Assembly (NCBI GenBank): GCA_015069415.1
Contig: SVIQ01000002.1
Coordinates: 84,225 to 148,224 of the forward strand
Length of the DNA stretch: 64,000 nt
From: Clostridiales bacterium
Lineage (GTDB): Bacteria > Bacillota > Clostridia > Christensenellales > UBA1242
Direction of reading: 5' to 3'
The notes under the pieces were generated by a model. The model did no database searches. It was not told the DNA's origin and saw only the letters and a program-made list of their open reading frames with translations. Position 1 is the first letter of the stretch; each line of letters begins with the position of its first letter. This document shows positions 54,832 through 64,000 of this stretch, in pieces. Made by a program: the position numbers and the translations under genes.

Positions 54832-55926
54832 ATGACTAAATTAAAATCTAAAAAGATGACTAAGTCTACTATTGCTATTATCGTTATGGCAATCGTTATG
54901 GTTGCAATGATGGCATTTGGTGGAACTTATGCATATTTCACAGCTACTGCTACTGGTGGCTCTAGAAAATTCACAACTGGTACAATCAGACTTGGTTTTG
55001 ACACACCAGTTAAATTCGAATTGCCTGAAGATGCTATGATTCTTCCAGGTGACGTAATCGTTAAAGACGCTATCGTTTTAAATACTGATGGTGCTACAGC
55101 TGAATCTTACATTGCTGTTAACTTCGAAATTGATATGGAAATAGTAAATCCATACGATGAAGAAACTGAAGCTGATAAATTTGCAGCTGAAGAACTTAGA
55201 ATTGCTGCTATTAAAACTGCTCTTAAAAATGACGGTTTAGGCGCAGCTTTGAACACTACTGGTTCTTACACTGTAATGGAAGATGCTGATTCAGATCCTG
55301 GCACTCCAGATGTAGAAGTGACTAAAGATTACATTATTGACGGCGTAAATCTTGCTGATCCTGAAGATGCAGAAAGCGAAAAAGCAGTTAAATGGGTAGC
55401 ATACTCTTACACAGAAGATGGTGCTTCTGAAGAAACTGTTACTAATGTTTACGTTTTATGTGATAAGGTAACTGGACTTCCAGTTGCTGTTCCAGCTGGT
55501 TTAGATATCGTTTTGGCTGACGCTGTTGATTTAGATGGTGACACAGTTAATACAACTGATGACATTGCTTCAATTTGGATCAGTAAAGATCTTGAAGATG
55601 ATTGGTCTCAATCATTAATCGATGAAAACGGAAACTACGTTTACCAAGATGAAAACGATGAACTTGTTTACGTTAAAGTTGACGGAGAAGGAAACGTTGT
55701 TGAAGGTGAATATGTTGACGCAGAAGGTAATGATTACACTATAACTGAAGATACTGTTCTTTCACTTATACCAGCTACTTCTTCTGTAAAAGGTTACATG
55801 GGAGTTCCTGTAACTGTAACAATCGGAGCTCGCGCTGTTCAAGCTAAGAACTTCACTAAAACAGTTGATGCTGTAGTAGAAGAATTATATAATGATGTTT
55901 ACTACGTTGCTCCAACTCAACCTTAA
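54832..55926 (+). CDS. TasA/camelysin-family protein with SipW-class signal, probable major filament subunit
   Basis: GGTYA|YFTA...FTTGTIRL, ILPGD, SYIAV, C-terminal ARAVQA; very acidic; codon choice like the ribosomal protein genes. Confidence 0.88.
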   Translation: MTKLKSKKMTKSTIAIIVMAIVMVAMMAFGGTYAYFTATATGGSRKFTTGTIRLGFDTPVKFELPEDAMILPGDVIVKDAIVLNTDGATAESYIAVNFEIDMEIVNPYDEETEADKFAAEELRIAAIKTALKNDGLGAALNTTGSYTVMEDADSDPGTPDVEVTKDYIIDGVNLADPEDAESEKAVKWVAYSYTEDGASEETVTNVYVLCDKVTGLPVAVPAGLDIVLADAVDLDGDTVNTTDDIASIWISKDLEDDWSQSLIDENGNYVYQDENDELVYVKVDGEGNVVEGEYVDAEGNDYTITEDTVLSLIPATSSVKGYMGVPVTVTIGARAVQAKNFTKTVDAVVEELYNDVYYVAPTQP

Positions 55927-55937
55927 TTTTAAGTGTT

Positions 55938-55968
55938 AAAAAAATCTCTCGTTTGAGAGATTTTTTTT
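55938..55968. terminator. bidirectional terminator
   Basis: AAAAAAATCTCTC-GTTT-GAGAGATTTTTTTT. Confidence 0.85.
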
Positions 55969-56872
55969 ATACTTCAATGATTTTTAAATCTTGAGAGTCT
56001 TGATAAACAATGTAAAAACCTTCACTTAATGGGTCGTCGACGTCGATAGGGAGCCACTGATAATGTTCACCCAATTCTTCTGGAACTTTTGAATTGTAAT
56101 CGCATTTGACGGCGTAGCAAATGTATTTAATTTGATCGTTTTCGTAAATTGCGCCTATACAAAATGAGTTTTCATTTTCTTGAATTCTAACGAATTTGCT
56201 GTTTTCAACTAATTTCATAATTTCTTCGTCTAGAGGGTAGTTTTCAAACACATATTCAAACTGAGGAATTAGAGAAGTTAAGATTGTTTTTTTGTTTTCT
56301 TTTTCATTTGTTTCTAAAGAGTCTTTAGTTTGTAATTCTTCAGTCTTTTTATTATCAATTTCTGAATATTCATGTGTTTCGATTTTTTGCTCCTCTTGAG
56401 AATGAGTTTCGGCGATTGTGTTGTCGGCTTGTTGATTGGCGTAGAAAAATTCTTTATACTTACAGTTGGCGCAATCTGGACAAGATGAGCATTCTTCTTT
56501 AACTTCTTCTGTGTCGGTGGGTAAAGTGTTTTCACTAAAATCCATGTTAAAATAATAACCTGAATATGTACCGCCTTTTAGAAGTATTTCATTAGACGAG
56601 GTGTCTACAATTGCAACATAAAAATCTTCATCCATGTTAAAAGATCCAACTAAAGAGCTTTCATATTGACCGCCTTTATCTAAAAGATTGGATTTGTAAA
56701 CTTGGTCACGATGATATATTCCTATTTTTACTCCCGGATTTAATTTTGCAAGAGAGTAAATTCTTAGTTTACATTTTAGTAAATCGTCTTCTATATACAA
56801 AGAAATAATGCCTCTAGCATTTTGGTTGATTGAATTTTCTGGAGAGGATAAAATTATTGTTTTGTTTTTCAT
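55967..56872 (-). CDS. hypothetical protein, possibly sporulation-related
   Basis: 301 aa, CSSCPDCANC cluster, charged linker; upstream TCATATC-14 nt-GCTATAAT. Confidence 0.75.
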   Translation of the reverse strand: MKNKTIILSSPENSINQNARGIISLYIEDDLLKCKLRIYSLAKLNPGVKIGIYHRDQVYKSNLLDKGGQYESSLVGSFNMDEDFYVAIVDTSSNEILLKGGTYSGYYFNMDFSENTLPTDTEEVKEECSSCPDCANCKYKEFFYANQQADNTIAETHSQEEQKIETHEYSEIDNKKTEELQTKDSLETNEKENKKTILTSLIPQFEYVFENYPLDEEIMKLVENSKFVRIQENENSFCIGAIYENDQIKYICYAVKCDYNSKVPEELGEHYQWLPIDVDDPLSEGFYIVYQDSQDLKIIEV

Positions 56873-57041
56873 AGTTTTATTATAGCGTAATAATTTTTTT
56901 GATATGACTAGAAAAAAGTAAAAATACGTCGAAAAAATGGCTAATTTTTCGAAAAAGATAGAATGGATTTATTTTCCTATTTTGATTGACATAATTGTCT
57001 CATTGTGCTATTATTAAGGTTGAAAACTTGATGAGGGAACA

Positions 57042-58352
57042 ATGAAAAAATTTACTAGAATTATTTTATGCTTAATGTTGTGCGTTGTTAGTTTCATGAC
57101 TATTGCGTGCGACTCTCGTACTAAAGAAGAAAAAGCTTTTACTTATCCTACACATTCAGACGAAACCTATGGTAATGGTGGGCTAGCTGTTAGGAAAGGT
57201 GATTATTTATACTTTGTGAATGGTTACGCAAGTTACACTTCTATGAAGAAAAAGAACGCGAAGTACTCTGTTGGTTCGCTTTTACTTGCTAAACTTGACG
57301 CAAACGGAAATGTTGTAACTGAAGAAAATGGTAATATTGATGATGATTACTATATTTCTATGTCTAAAAAGTTGTGCGGTTACGAAGCTACTGGATTGTA
57401 TGTTTTTGGAGATTATTTGTATTTTACATCTCCTTGTCAAACCGATGACAGTAAAACAGAAAAATGGGCAAAAGAAAGAGTTGATTTTTATCGTATTAAA
57501 TTAGATAAGTCTAGTAAGGTTGAAAAACTTTACACAACGGCTGTAAGTAATGAAAACTTAGAATTTTCAATTTTTGAATCTGGAAACAAAGTAGTTATCG
57601 CGACATACGAAAAAGGTGAAAGTTTAAACTCTAAAGGTGGAAAAGATGTCCTTGTGACAGTAGTGGGGAAGGCCGATCCTTCTAAAACGCAAAATGTAAA
57701 TGACGTTGTGTTTACTAGCGATTCAGTTTTGTTTTCTGTTGTTGAAGATGGAAATTATGTTGTAAAGAGAAAGGATGCTAGTGGCACTAGTGAATTTGCT
57801 GATTTTGAAAGTTCTGTGTCATTTGAGGGTTGTACTGAAGATTATGTTTTCATTAAAAGCTCTGAAGAATTAGTTAGATACGATTTAGAAACTAAAGAAT
57901 CTTTAATCATTTTTGAAGACTTTGGATACGATGAAATTGCAGTTGATCCAATGGGAAACATTGTTTTAGCTGTTTCAGAAAATGTTGTAGATTGTTATCG
58001 CAATGGTGAACTCATTGAAGGTCAATATGTTGAAGATTCTGAGGGAATTAACATTATCGGTTTAGTTCAAGGTAATTTAATTTATTACACTGATGAAGCT
58101 GAAGATGCTAACAAAATTAAAAGCATTAATTACTCAGATTTAATTGAAGGAATTGATGTTGCTCCAACAGAAATTGCAACAATTTCAAATCTAGACACTG
58201 ATCATTTTGACATTAATGAAGATTATGTTTACTTCTTTAAGACAATAGGAGATAATAAATATCTTCACAAACTTCATGTTATAAACAATTTGGACGAAGT
58301 TGAAGTTTTAGTTGGTGTTGTAAAATCTAGCGATTTAAAAGTTGTTGAATAG
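57042..58352 (+). CDS. lipoprotein, probable beta-propeller (DUF5050-like)
   Basis: Lipobox TIAC; GNGGLAVRKGDYLYFVNG and repeated DYLYF/DYVYF blades; TTGACA-17-TATTAT promoter. Confidence 0.78.
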   Translation: MKKFTRIILCLMLCVVSFMTIACDSRTKEEKAFTYPTHSDETYGNGGLAVRKGDYLYFVNGYASYTSMKKKNAKYSVGSLLLAKLDANGNVVTEENGNIDDDYYISMSKKLCGYEATGLYVFGDYLYFTSPCQTDDSKTEKWAKERVDFYRIKLDKSSKVEKLYTTAVSNENLEFSIFESGNKVVIATYEKGESLNSKGGKDVLVTVVGKADPSKTQNVNDVVFTSDSVLFSVVEDGNYVVKRKDASGTSEFADFESSVSFEGCTEDYVFIKSSEELVRYDLETKESLIIFEDFGYDEIAVDPMGNIVLAVSENVVDCYRNGELIEGQYVEDSEGINIIGLVQGNLIYYTDEAEDANKIKSINYSDLIEGIDVAPTEIATISNLDTDHFDINEDYVYFFKTIGDNKYLHKLHVINNLDEVEVLVGVVKSSDLKVVE

Positions 58353-58354
58353 AT

Positions 58355-58386
58355 AAAAAGAAATAAGCGCTTGCTTATTTCTTTTT
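58355..58386. terminator. bidirectional terminator overlapping the end of the convergent gene
   Basis: AAAAAGAAATAAGC-GCTT-GCTTATTTCTTTTT. Confidence 0.75.
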
Positions 58387-59124
58387 CTTTAATAATTTTG
58401 CTTTATCTTTTTCAGCTTTTGCTTTTTGGATTTGCTCCAATTTTTCTTGTGTGTTTTTTCTAGCTAAATTGATTTTTGAAGAGTTGACAGGAGTTAATTC
58501 TTTACAGTATCTAATTAATTTACTGTTTAAATCTTCGAAATCTTCATCGGTTTTTTCTCCGCTGTGTTGATAGATTGTCATAATGTTTGTTTCAGTTTTA
58601 ATTCCGCTAAAGCAGTTAGTGTAGAAATCTCTGTCGAATGAGTAAGTAATTTTAAGCCCTGACAAATTGACACTTCTAAATTCGTCACTCACTGTTTCTA
58701 TGATATATGCCGGTTCAAGTTTTCTAAGTAAGAACTCTGGGTCAAAATTAATAGAAGACAAGAACATTCCTTTGAAACTGTCAATCAAGAATTCTTTGTG
58801 ACGTAAAATTTTGTCGTTAGGTTTGATTTGTTTTTGGAAATGTTTAGCATATATACGATAATTATATCTTGAAGAAACATTGGTTTTGTCTGTTGCCATA
58901 TTCAATTCACAGAATTTGCCTATGACGGTTTTGTATAAAATAATATTTGATTTTTCCAAGTCTTTATTTGGTGTGTCGTAATAGATAAATGTTTTTTTAA
59001 TTCTTTCTTCAAATTGCATATTATATTTTCCGAAAAAAGAATTAAGTTCGAGCACTTTCTCTCTCGACTTATAATTAAACATTTCATAACGTCTTTTTTG
59101 TTTAATTTCGTCTAATGGTCTCAT
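58375..59124 (-). CDS. CYTH-like (triphosphate tunnel fold) hypothetical protein
   Basis: IYYDTPNKDL, ITYSFD and C-terminal SK match the CYTH layout but the ExExK motif is absent. Confidence 0.55.
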   Translation of the reverse strand: MRPLDEIKQKRRYEMFNYKSREKVLELNSFFGKYNMQFEERIKKTFIYYDTPNKDLEKSNIILYKTVIGKFCELNMATDKTNVSSRYNYRIYAKHFQKQIKPNDKILRHKEFLIDSFKGMFLSSINFDPEFLLRKLEPAYIIETVSDEFRSVNLSGLKITYSFDRDFYTNCFSGIKTETNIMTIYQHSGEKTDEDFEDLNSKLIRYCKELTPVNSSKINLARKNTQEKLEQIQKAKAEKDKAKLLKKKK

Positions 59125-59214
59125 AATTTCCCCTGTTTATATTAGTTTAGATAAAATACGAAAAAAAATCAAGAAATTGTAGTCTTTTTTTATTTTTTTT
59201 GCTATAATTTTTGC

Positions 59215-60519
59215 ATGTTAAATTTTAATCCTTTGTTTTTAGAGAGGATGAAAGATATTCTTTCGTCTGATTATGAAAAATTTTTAGAAAGTTTAAACCA
59301 AGAAAAAGAAAATGCAATATATGTAAATAGTAATAAGATATCTAAAGAAAAATTCCTTTCTTTATGTGATTTTTCAGTTGAGCAAATTCCTTATGAAACT
59401 AATGGATTTTATGTTGACCATGAGAAAAAAGGAAGGCATCCTCTTCATCATGCAGGCGCTTTTTATTGCCAAGAACCAAGTGCTATGTTTACAGTTAATT
59501 CTTTTTCTTTTCGAGGAGATGAAAAGGTTTTAGATTTGTGTGCTTCTCCTGGAGGGAAGACAATCCAAATAGCAAACAGAATTCCAAATGGCGCACTTGT
59601 GTCAAATGAATATGTTAAATCAAGAAGTGAAATTCTTTATTCGAATGTTGAACGTATGGGGTTAAAGAATGTAATGATTACAAATGAAACTCCAGAGAAT
59701 TTGGCTAGCGCTTATGGAGATTGTTTTGATGTTGTTCTAGTAGATGCACCATGCAGTGGAGAGGGTATGTTTAGGCGCGGTGAAAAAGTGGTCGAAGAGT
59801 GGAACGAAGGGATTAATGAAAAATGCGCGCTTCGTCAGTCTGAAATTTTAAAGCATGCTGACAAAATGTTAAAACAGGGCGGAACTCTCATCTATTCAAC
59901 ATGCACATATTCCAAAGTTGAGAATGAGGATGTTGTTACCAATTTCGCTAATGCTTTTGGGTATGAATTCATTAACATTGATTATAATCTCCCTAGAGGA
60001 ATAGGTTTAAAAGAAAGTGTTAGACTTTATCCCCATTTAGTTAGAGGAGAGGGTCAATTTGTTGCAGTTTTAAAGAAGAAAAGCGAAAACTTGAGTGAAA
60101 CAACTAGAAATTTGCCTTTGAAAGAAAATAAAAAAGTTTATGAAAAACTTAAAAGTTTCTTAACATTTGATGAAAAAGTGTATGATTTTAAAAATTTTTC
60201 ATATTTTTTAGTAGACGAAGATTTAGTAAAACGTAATGTTAATTACGTTTCAATCGGTGTTCGTGTTGGGGAAATGAAAAACAATAACTTTTTCCCGCAT
60301 CATTACCTTTTCTCAGCGTTAGGAACAAAGTTTAAGAATCAGTTGAATTTGAGTTTGAACGATAAACGCGCGTCGTCTTTTCTTAAAGGAGATGTTCTTG
60401 AATTTGAAGGCGATGGATATGGGTGTGTTTTGATAGAAGGATTGCCTATAGGTGGCTTTAAAATGTCTGATGGTAAATTTAAAAATCATTATCCAAAAGG
60501 CTTAAGAAACTTCAAATAA
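59215..60519 (+). CDS. rsmF: RsmF/NOL1/NOP2-family RNA m5C methyltransferase
   Basis: QEPSAM, LDLCASPGGKT, VDAPCSGEGMFR, YSTCT, KNHYPKGLR. Confidence 0.9.
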   Translation: MLNFNPLFLERMKDILSSDYEKFLESLNQEKENAIYVNSNKISKEKFLSLCDFSVEQIPYETNGFYVDHEKKGRHPLHHAGAFYCQEPSAMFTVNSFSFRGDEKVLDLCASPGGKTIQIANRIPNGALVSNEYVKSRSEILYSNVERMGLKNVMITNETPENLASAYGDCFDVVLVDAPCSGEGMFRRGEKVVEEWNEGINEKCALRQSEILKHADKMLKQGGTLIYSTCTYSKVENEDVVTNFANAFGYEFINIDYNLPRGIGLKESVRLYPHLVRGEGQFVAVLKKKSENLSETTRNLPLKENKKVYEKLKSFLTFDEKVYDFKNFSYFLVDEDLVKRNVNYVSIGVRVGEMKNNNFFPHHYLFSALGTKFKNQLNLSLNDKRASSFLKGDVLEFEGDGYGCVLIEGLPIGGFKMSDGKFKNHYPKGLRNFK

Positions 60520-60644
60520 TGTAAAATTTGCCCTATTTTTTAAGAAATTTAAAAAATTTTATAAGTTTTTTTGAAAAAGGTATTGAAAAATTATAAGTTT
60601 TGCGATATAATACAAAAGAAAAAATTTTCTTAAAGGAGTGAAAT

Positions 60645-62033
60645 ATGCAAGCGGGAATGGCATTAGTTAGTATTTTAGCTGTAATTTTAATCATTTTAGT
60701 TGGTGGAGGTTTGATTGCTTTCATTGCTCATATGATTATCGGTGCGTTCGACAATGAAAAAGAAAAAGAGGTTAAGGTTGAACAAACTGAAAACAGCACT
60801 GTATCTTACGAAGAATATAAGAAAAATGAACAAGCTAAAGAAAAAGAGTTTGATTTTGCTGAAATTGAGAAGGCAAAAGCTGAAGAAGAAAAGAAAGTGG
60901 CTGAAGAATCAACTGTTGACATCTTTAAACTTGACGATGAATTAAATGATGACGAACTAGAAAAGATTGAGGATAGACTTAAAACTGCTGCTGAAAAAGG
61001 CGAAGATGACGTAGATCTTGATGCAATTTTAAAAGATATCAACACAACAGTTTTAGAAGAAACAAATGAAGCTGAAGCTGGTGAAACTGTTGAAATGGAT
61101 GAGACTTTAAAGAGTTACAGTATTGACAAGGCTATGGAAGAACTTGATAAAGACGATGAAGTTGAGGATTCTGACGCAGAATTAACAAAACTTTTACAAG
61201 ATCTTGAAAATCTCGAGGATGAAATTGAAGAAACTGAAAAAGTTGAAGAAGTTCTTGAGGAAAAAGACGAAGAAGTTAAAGTTGAAGAAACTAAAGAAGA
61301 AATCGTTGAAGAAGTAAAAGAAGAAACTGCAACTGAAGAAGTAGAGACAGAAGAAGTTGTTACTGAAGACGTTGAAGTTGAAACTGAAGATGAAGACGAT
61401 GACGACGAAGATAAGGGCGAAACTATAGAACTTGAAGAAAAAGATGAAGAAGTTGAAATCGTTGAAGAAGTAAAAGAAGAAAAAGCAGAAGATGAAGTTA
61501 GCGCAGAAAAGCAAGAAATCGAAAGACTTAAAAAGCAACTTGAAGAAATGAATCGTCAACTTGAAGAGGCTAGAAGTTCTAAACTTGAAGTTGTTACAAT
61601 TGACGCTACAGAAGAAGATTGTTTAGCTCGTTTGGCTGTTTTGGAAGAAAGACTTAAAAATGCTAAACGTGATTACAAAATCAATATGAAAGAATATCGT
61701 CCGCTTAAGAAAGTTATGGCTGACTATGAAAGATATCAAACAAAACTTAGAAGAAAAGATGCTATTGTTGCTAAGAAGAAAGTTGCTTTATACGGTGTAA
61801 ATAATTACGTAGACATCGACAAAGAAAAAGCTGAAAAATTAGCTAACGATTTAGAGCTTTTGGACGGTTTGAGATTGAGTGTTTCTCACTGCGAAGAAGT
61901 TATTAATGCAAACAAAGACAGATTCCCAGTTCTTCAACATACTAACAAAATCCTTGAGGAACAAATTGCTCATATTGAAAGTGACATTGCTTTAACTCAA
62001 GCTACACTTGAAAAGATAAGAAACAAAAAGTAA
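60645..62033 (+). CDS. membrane-anchored acidic low-complexity/coiled-coil protein
   Basis: N-terminal TM, long Glu/Asp-rich region, C-terminal coiled coil; promoter TTGAAA-17-TATAAT, SD AAGGAG. Confidence 0.8.
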   Translation: MQAGMALVSILAVILIILVGGGLIAFIAHMIIGAFDNEKEKEVKVEQTENSTVSYEEYKKNEQAKEKEFDFAEIEKAKAEEEKKVAEESTVDIFKLDDELNDDELEKIEDRLKTAAEKGEDDVDLDAILKDINTTVLEETNEAEAGETVEMDETLKSYSIDKAMEELDKDDEVEDSDAELTKLLQDLENLEDEIEETEKVEEVLEEKDEEVKVEETKEEIVEEVKEETATEEVETEEVVTEDVEVETEDEDDDDEDKGETIELEEKDEEVEIVEEVKEEKAEDEVSAEKQEIERLKKQLEEMNRQLEEARSSKLEVVTIDATEEDCLARLAVLEERLKNAKRDYKINMKEYRPLKKVMADYERYQTKLRRKDAIVAKKKVALYGVNNYVDIDKEKAEKLANDLELLDGLRLSVSHCEEVINANKDRFPVLQHTNKILEEQIAHIESDIALTQATLEKIRNKK

Positions 62034-62059
62034 AATCGACATTGTCGATTTTCTTTTTT
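62032..62059 (+). terminator. intrinsic terminator
   Basis: AAAATCGAC-ATT-GTCGATTTT then T-rich tract. Confidence 0.7.
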
Positions 62060-62173
62060 ATTTTTAAACAAAATTCTTGTTCATTTTCGTGTTTTATAGT
62101 TCCAATATACCCTATAATTACTAGACAAAATTGTTAAAATTTGTTATTATATTCAGTAATTAAAGGATTGATT

Positions 62174-64000
62174 ATGGGACTTTTTTCTTATTTATTTGCT
62201 TCTGACAACAAACGAAGCCTTATGAAAATCGAAAAGATTATTAGTGAAATTGATGCTAAAGAAGAGCATTACAAACAAATGTCTGACGACGAACTTAGAG
62301 GTCAAACAGACATTTTGAAGAATAGATACAAAAACGGAGAAACGCTTGATCAGCTTTTACCTGATGCTTTTGCTGTGGTAAGAGAAGCGTCTACTCGAGT
62401 TTTAGGTCTTAGACATTTCCATGTTCAACTTATTGGTGGTGTGGTTTTGCATCAAGGACGTATCGCCGAAATGAGAACTGGTGAAGGTAAAACTTTGACT
62501 GCTACAACAGCTGTGTATTTAAATGCTTTAAGTGGTGAAAATGTACACGTTATTACTGTCAATGAATATCTTGCAACTTCTCAAGCTGAGGCTATGGGTA
62601 AACTTTACAAATTTTTAGGTTTGACTATTGGTTGTACCTTGACTGGACAAAGTCCAGAAGAGAAAAAACAAGCTTATCTTTGCGACATTACATATGGAAC
62701 AAACAATGAGTTTGGTTTTGATTATCTTCGCGACAACATGCAAGTTGAAAAGAAATACAAAGTTCAACGTGGACATAATTTCTGTATTGTCGATGAGGTT
62801 GACTCAATTTTAATTGATGAGGCAAGAACTCCGCTTATTATCTCTGGAGCTGGTGGAAAAACAAGTGAAATGTATGAAAAGGCAGATCGCTTTGTAAAGA
62901 GATTGAAAGCTGAAGATGTTGACATTGACATAAAACACAAACAAATTCGTTTGGTAGAAAGTGGTGTTGAAAAGGCTGAAAATTACTTTAATTTAGAGAA
63001 TTTAGCAGATGTTGGAAACCTTGAAATTAACCATCATATTAACAATGCATTGAGAGCAAATTTCATTATGAAACGTGACATTAATTACATTGTAAAAGAT
63101 GGAGAAATTTTAATTGTTGACGAATTTACTGGCCGTGTAATGCAAGGAAGACGTTATTCTGACGGATTGCATCAAGCAATTGAAGCTAAGGAAAATGTAA
63201 AGATTAAAGATGAAAACAAAACTCTTGCGACTATTACTCTTCAAAATTACTTCAAACTTTACTCAAAACTTAGCGGTATGACTGGTACTGCTAAAACTGA
63301 AGAAACAGAATTTAACAAAATATACAATCTTGACGTTGTTACTATCCCGACTAATAAACCTGTTCAAAGAATTGATGAACAAGATATGATTTTCTTCACA
63401 GAAGAAGCTAAATTTAAGGCTATTGTTGAAGAAATTAAGGATAAGTATGAAAAGGGGCAACCTATTCTTGTTGGTACTGCGTCAGTTGAAAAATCTGAAC
63501 GTATTAGTAGTGACATTAAAAAGTTAGGTATTCCTCACAATCTTTTGAATGCTAAAAATCACGAATTAGAAAGTCAAATCGTAGCACAATCTGGACGTAT
63601 CAAAAGTGTTACTATCGCTACAAATATGGCTGGACGTGGTACAGATATTTTGTTGGGTGGTAACCCTGAATTTTTGGCGAAACAAAAATTAGTAAATGAA
63701 AATGTTGAGCCTCAAATGATTGAAAAAATCACAACATATAACTCAAGTTTAACAGAAGAAGAACAAGCTGTAAAAGATAAATATGACAAATATTTTGCGG
63801 ACTTCAAAAAAGTAACTGACGAAGAAAAACAAAAGGTTATTGAGCTTGGAGGATTGCATATCTTAGGTACAGAAAGGCATGAATCTCGTCGTATTGACAA
63901 TCAGTTGCGTGGTCGTGCTGGTCGTCAAGGAGATCCGGGTAGTAGTATTTTCTTCATCTCGCTCGAAGATGACCTTCCTCAAAGATTTGGTGAAGACAGA
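62174..64000 (+). CDS. secA: preprotein translocase ATPase SecA (3' end runs off window)
   Basis: Not in ORF track. [14 protein letters not shown]...[67 protein letters not shown]. Confidence 0.97.
   Translation, partial: MGLFSYLFASDNKRSLMKIEKIISEIDAKEEHYKQMSDDELRGQTDILKNRYKNGETLDQLLPDAFAVVREASTRVLGLRHFHVQLIGGVVLHQGRIAEMRTGEGKTLTATTAVYLNALSGENVHVITVNEYLATSQAEAMGKLYKFLGLTIGCTLTGQSPEEKKQAYLCDITYGTNNEFGFDYLRDNMQVEKKYKVQRGHNFCIVDEVDSILIDEARTPLIISGAGGKTSEMYEKADRFVKRLKAEDVDIDIKHKQIRLVESGVEKAENYFNLENLADVGNLEINHHINNALRANFIMKRDINYIVKDGEILIVDEFTGRVMQGRRYSDGLHQAIEAKENVKIKDENKTLATITLQNYFKLYSKLSGMTGTAKTEETEFNKIYNLDVVTIPTNKPVQRIDEQDMIFFTEEAKFKAIVEEIKDKYEKGQPILVGTASVEKSERISSDIKKLGIPHNLLNAKNHELESQIVAQSGRIKSVTIATNMAGRGTDILLGGNPEFLAKQKLVNENVEPQMIEKITTYNSSLTEEEQAVKDKYDKYFADFKKVTDEEKQKVIELGGLHILGTERHESRRIDNQLRGRAGRQGDPGSSIFFISLEDDLPQRFGEDR

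Noticed and set aside
61194-61559. Phe-rich minus-strand ORF and GAA-rich repeat-like DNA
   Set aside because: Antisense of the Glu-rich coding region; not a repeat array or CRISPR.
62174-64000. Accessory SecA2 dedicated to the giant proteins
   Set aside because: The visible part looks like ordinary SecA, with no secY2/asp genes; the C-terminus is outside the window, so this cannot be supported.

Overview
Very AT-rich chromosomal window (roughly 30% GC by eye) from a low-GC, probably spore-forming Clostridia-type bacterium (spoIIID, sigmaE-like promoters, standard code 11). Core genes: rpmG-secE-nusG-rplK-rplA, dut-gpsA, a DnaD/DnaC-like helicase-loader pair, an M1 peptidase, a heterodimeric ABC exporter, sufC/sufB-like, spoIIID, ttcA, an RsmF-family methyltransferase and a partial secA. 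About 35 kb of the 17.7-55.9 kb region encodes a split surface-structure locus. Block 1 is a 2883-aa lipoprotein translationally coupled to a SipW-type signal peptidase, followed by three genes with SipW-class signal peptides (TasA/BsaA-like) and a membrane-anchored protein that may share their fold. Block 2 follows a 3-kb housekeeping interruption: a 6450-aa GLUG/beta-helix lipoprotein with an internal hydrophobic hairpin near its C-terminus, then a TasA-like gene with a long structured leader and highly-expressed codon usage. My best candidate for an undescribed system is a SipW-processed, donor-strand-type filament (major, minor and anchor subunits) coupled to two giant lipoproteins. Other points: many apparently leaderless genes, a signal-less BspA-type LRR protein with a phage-fibre-like N-terminus at the left edge (missed by the ORF track), and structured leaders. 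No rRNA, tRNA, CRISPR, transposase or integrase was seen. All family calls come from reading motifs by eye; no searches were run.
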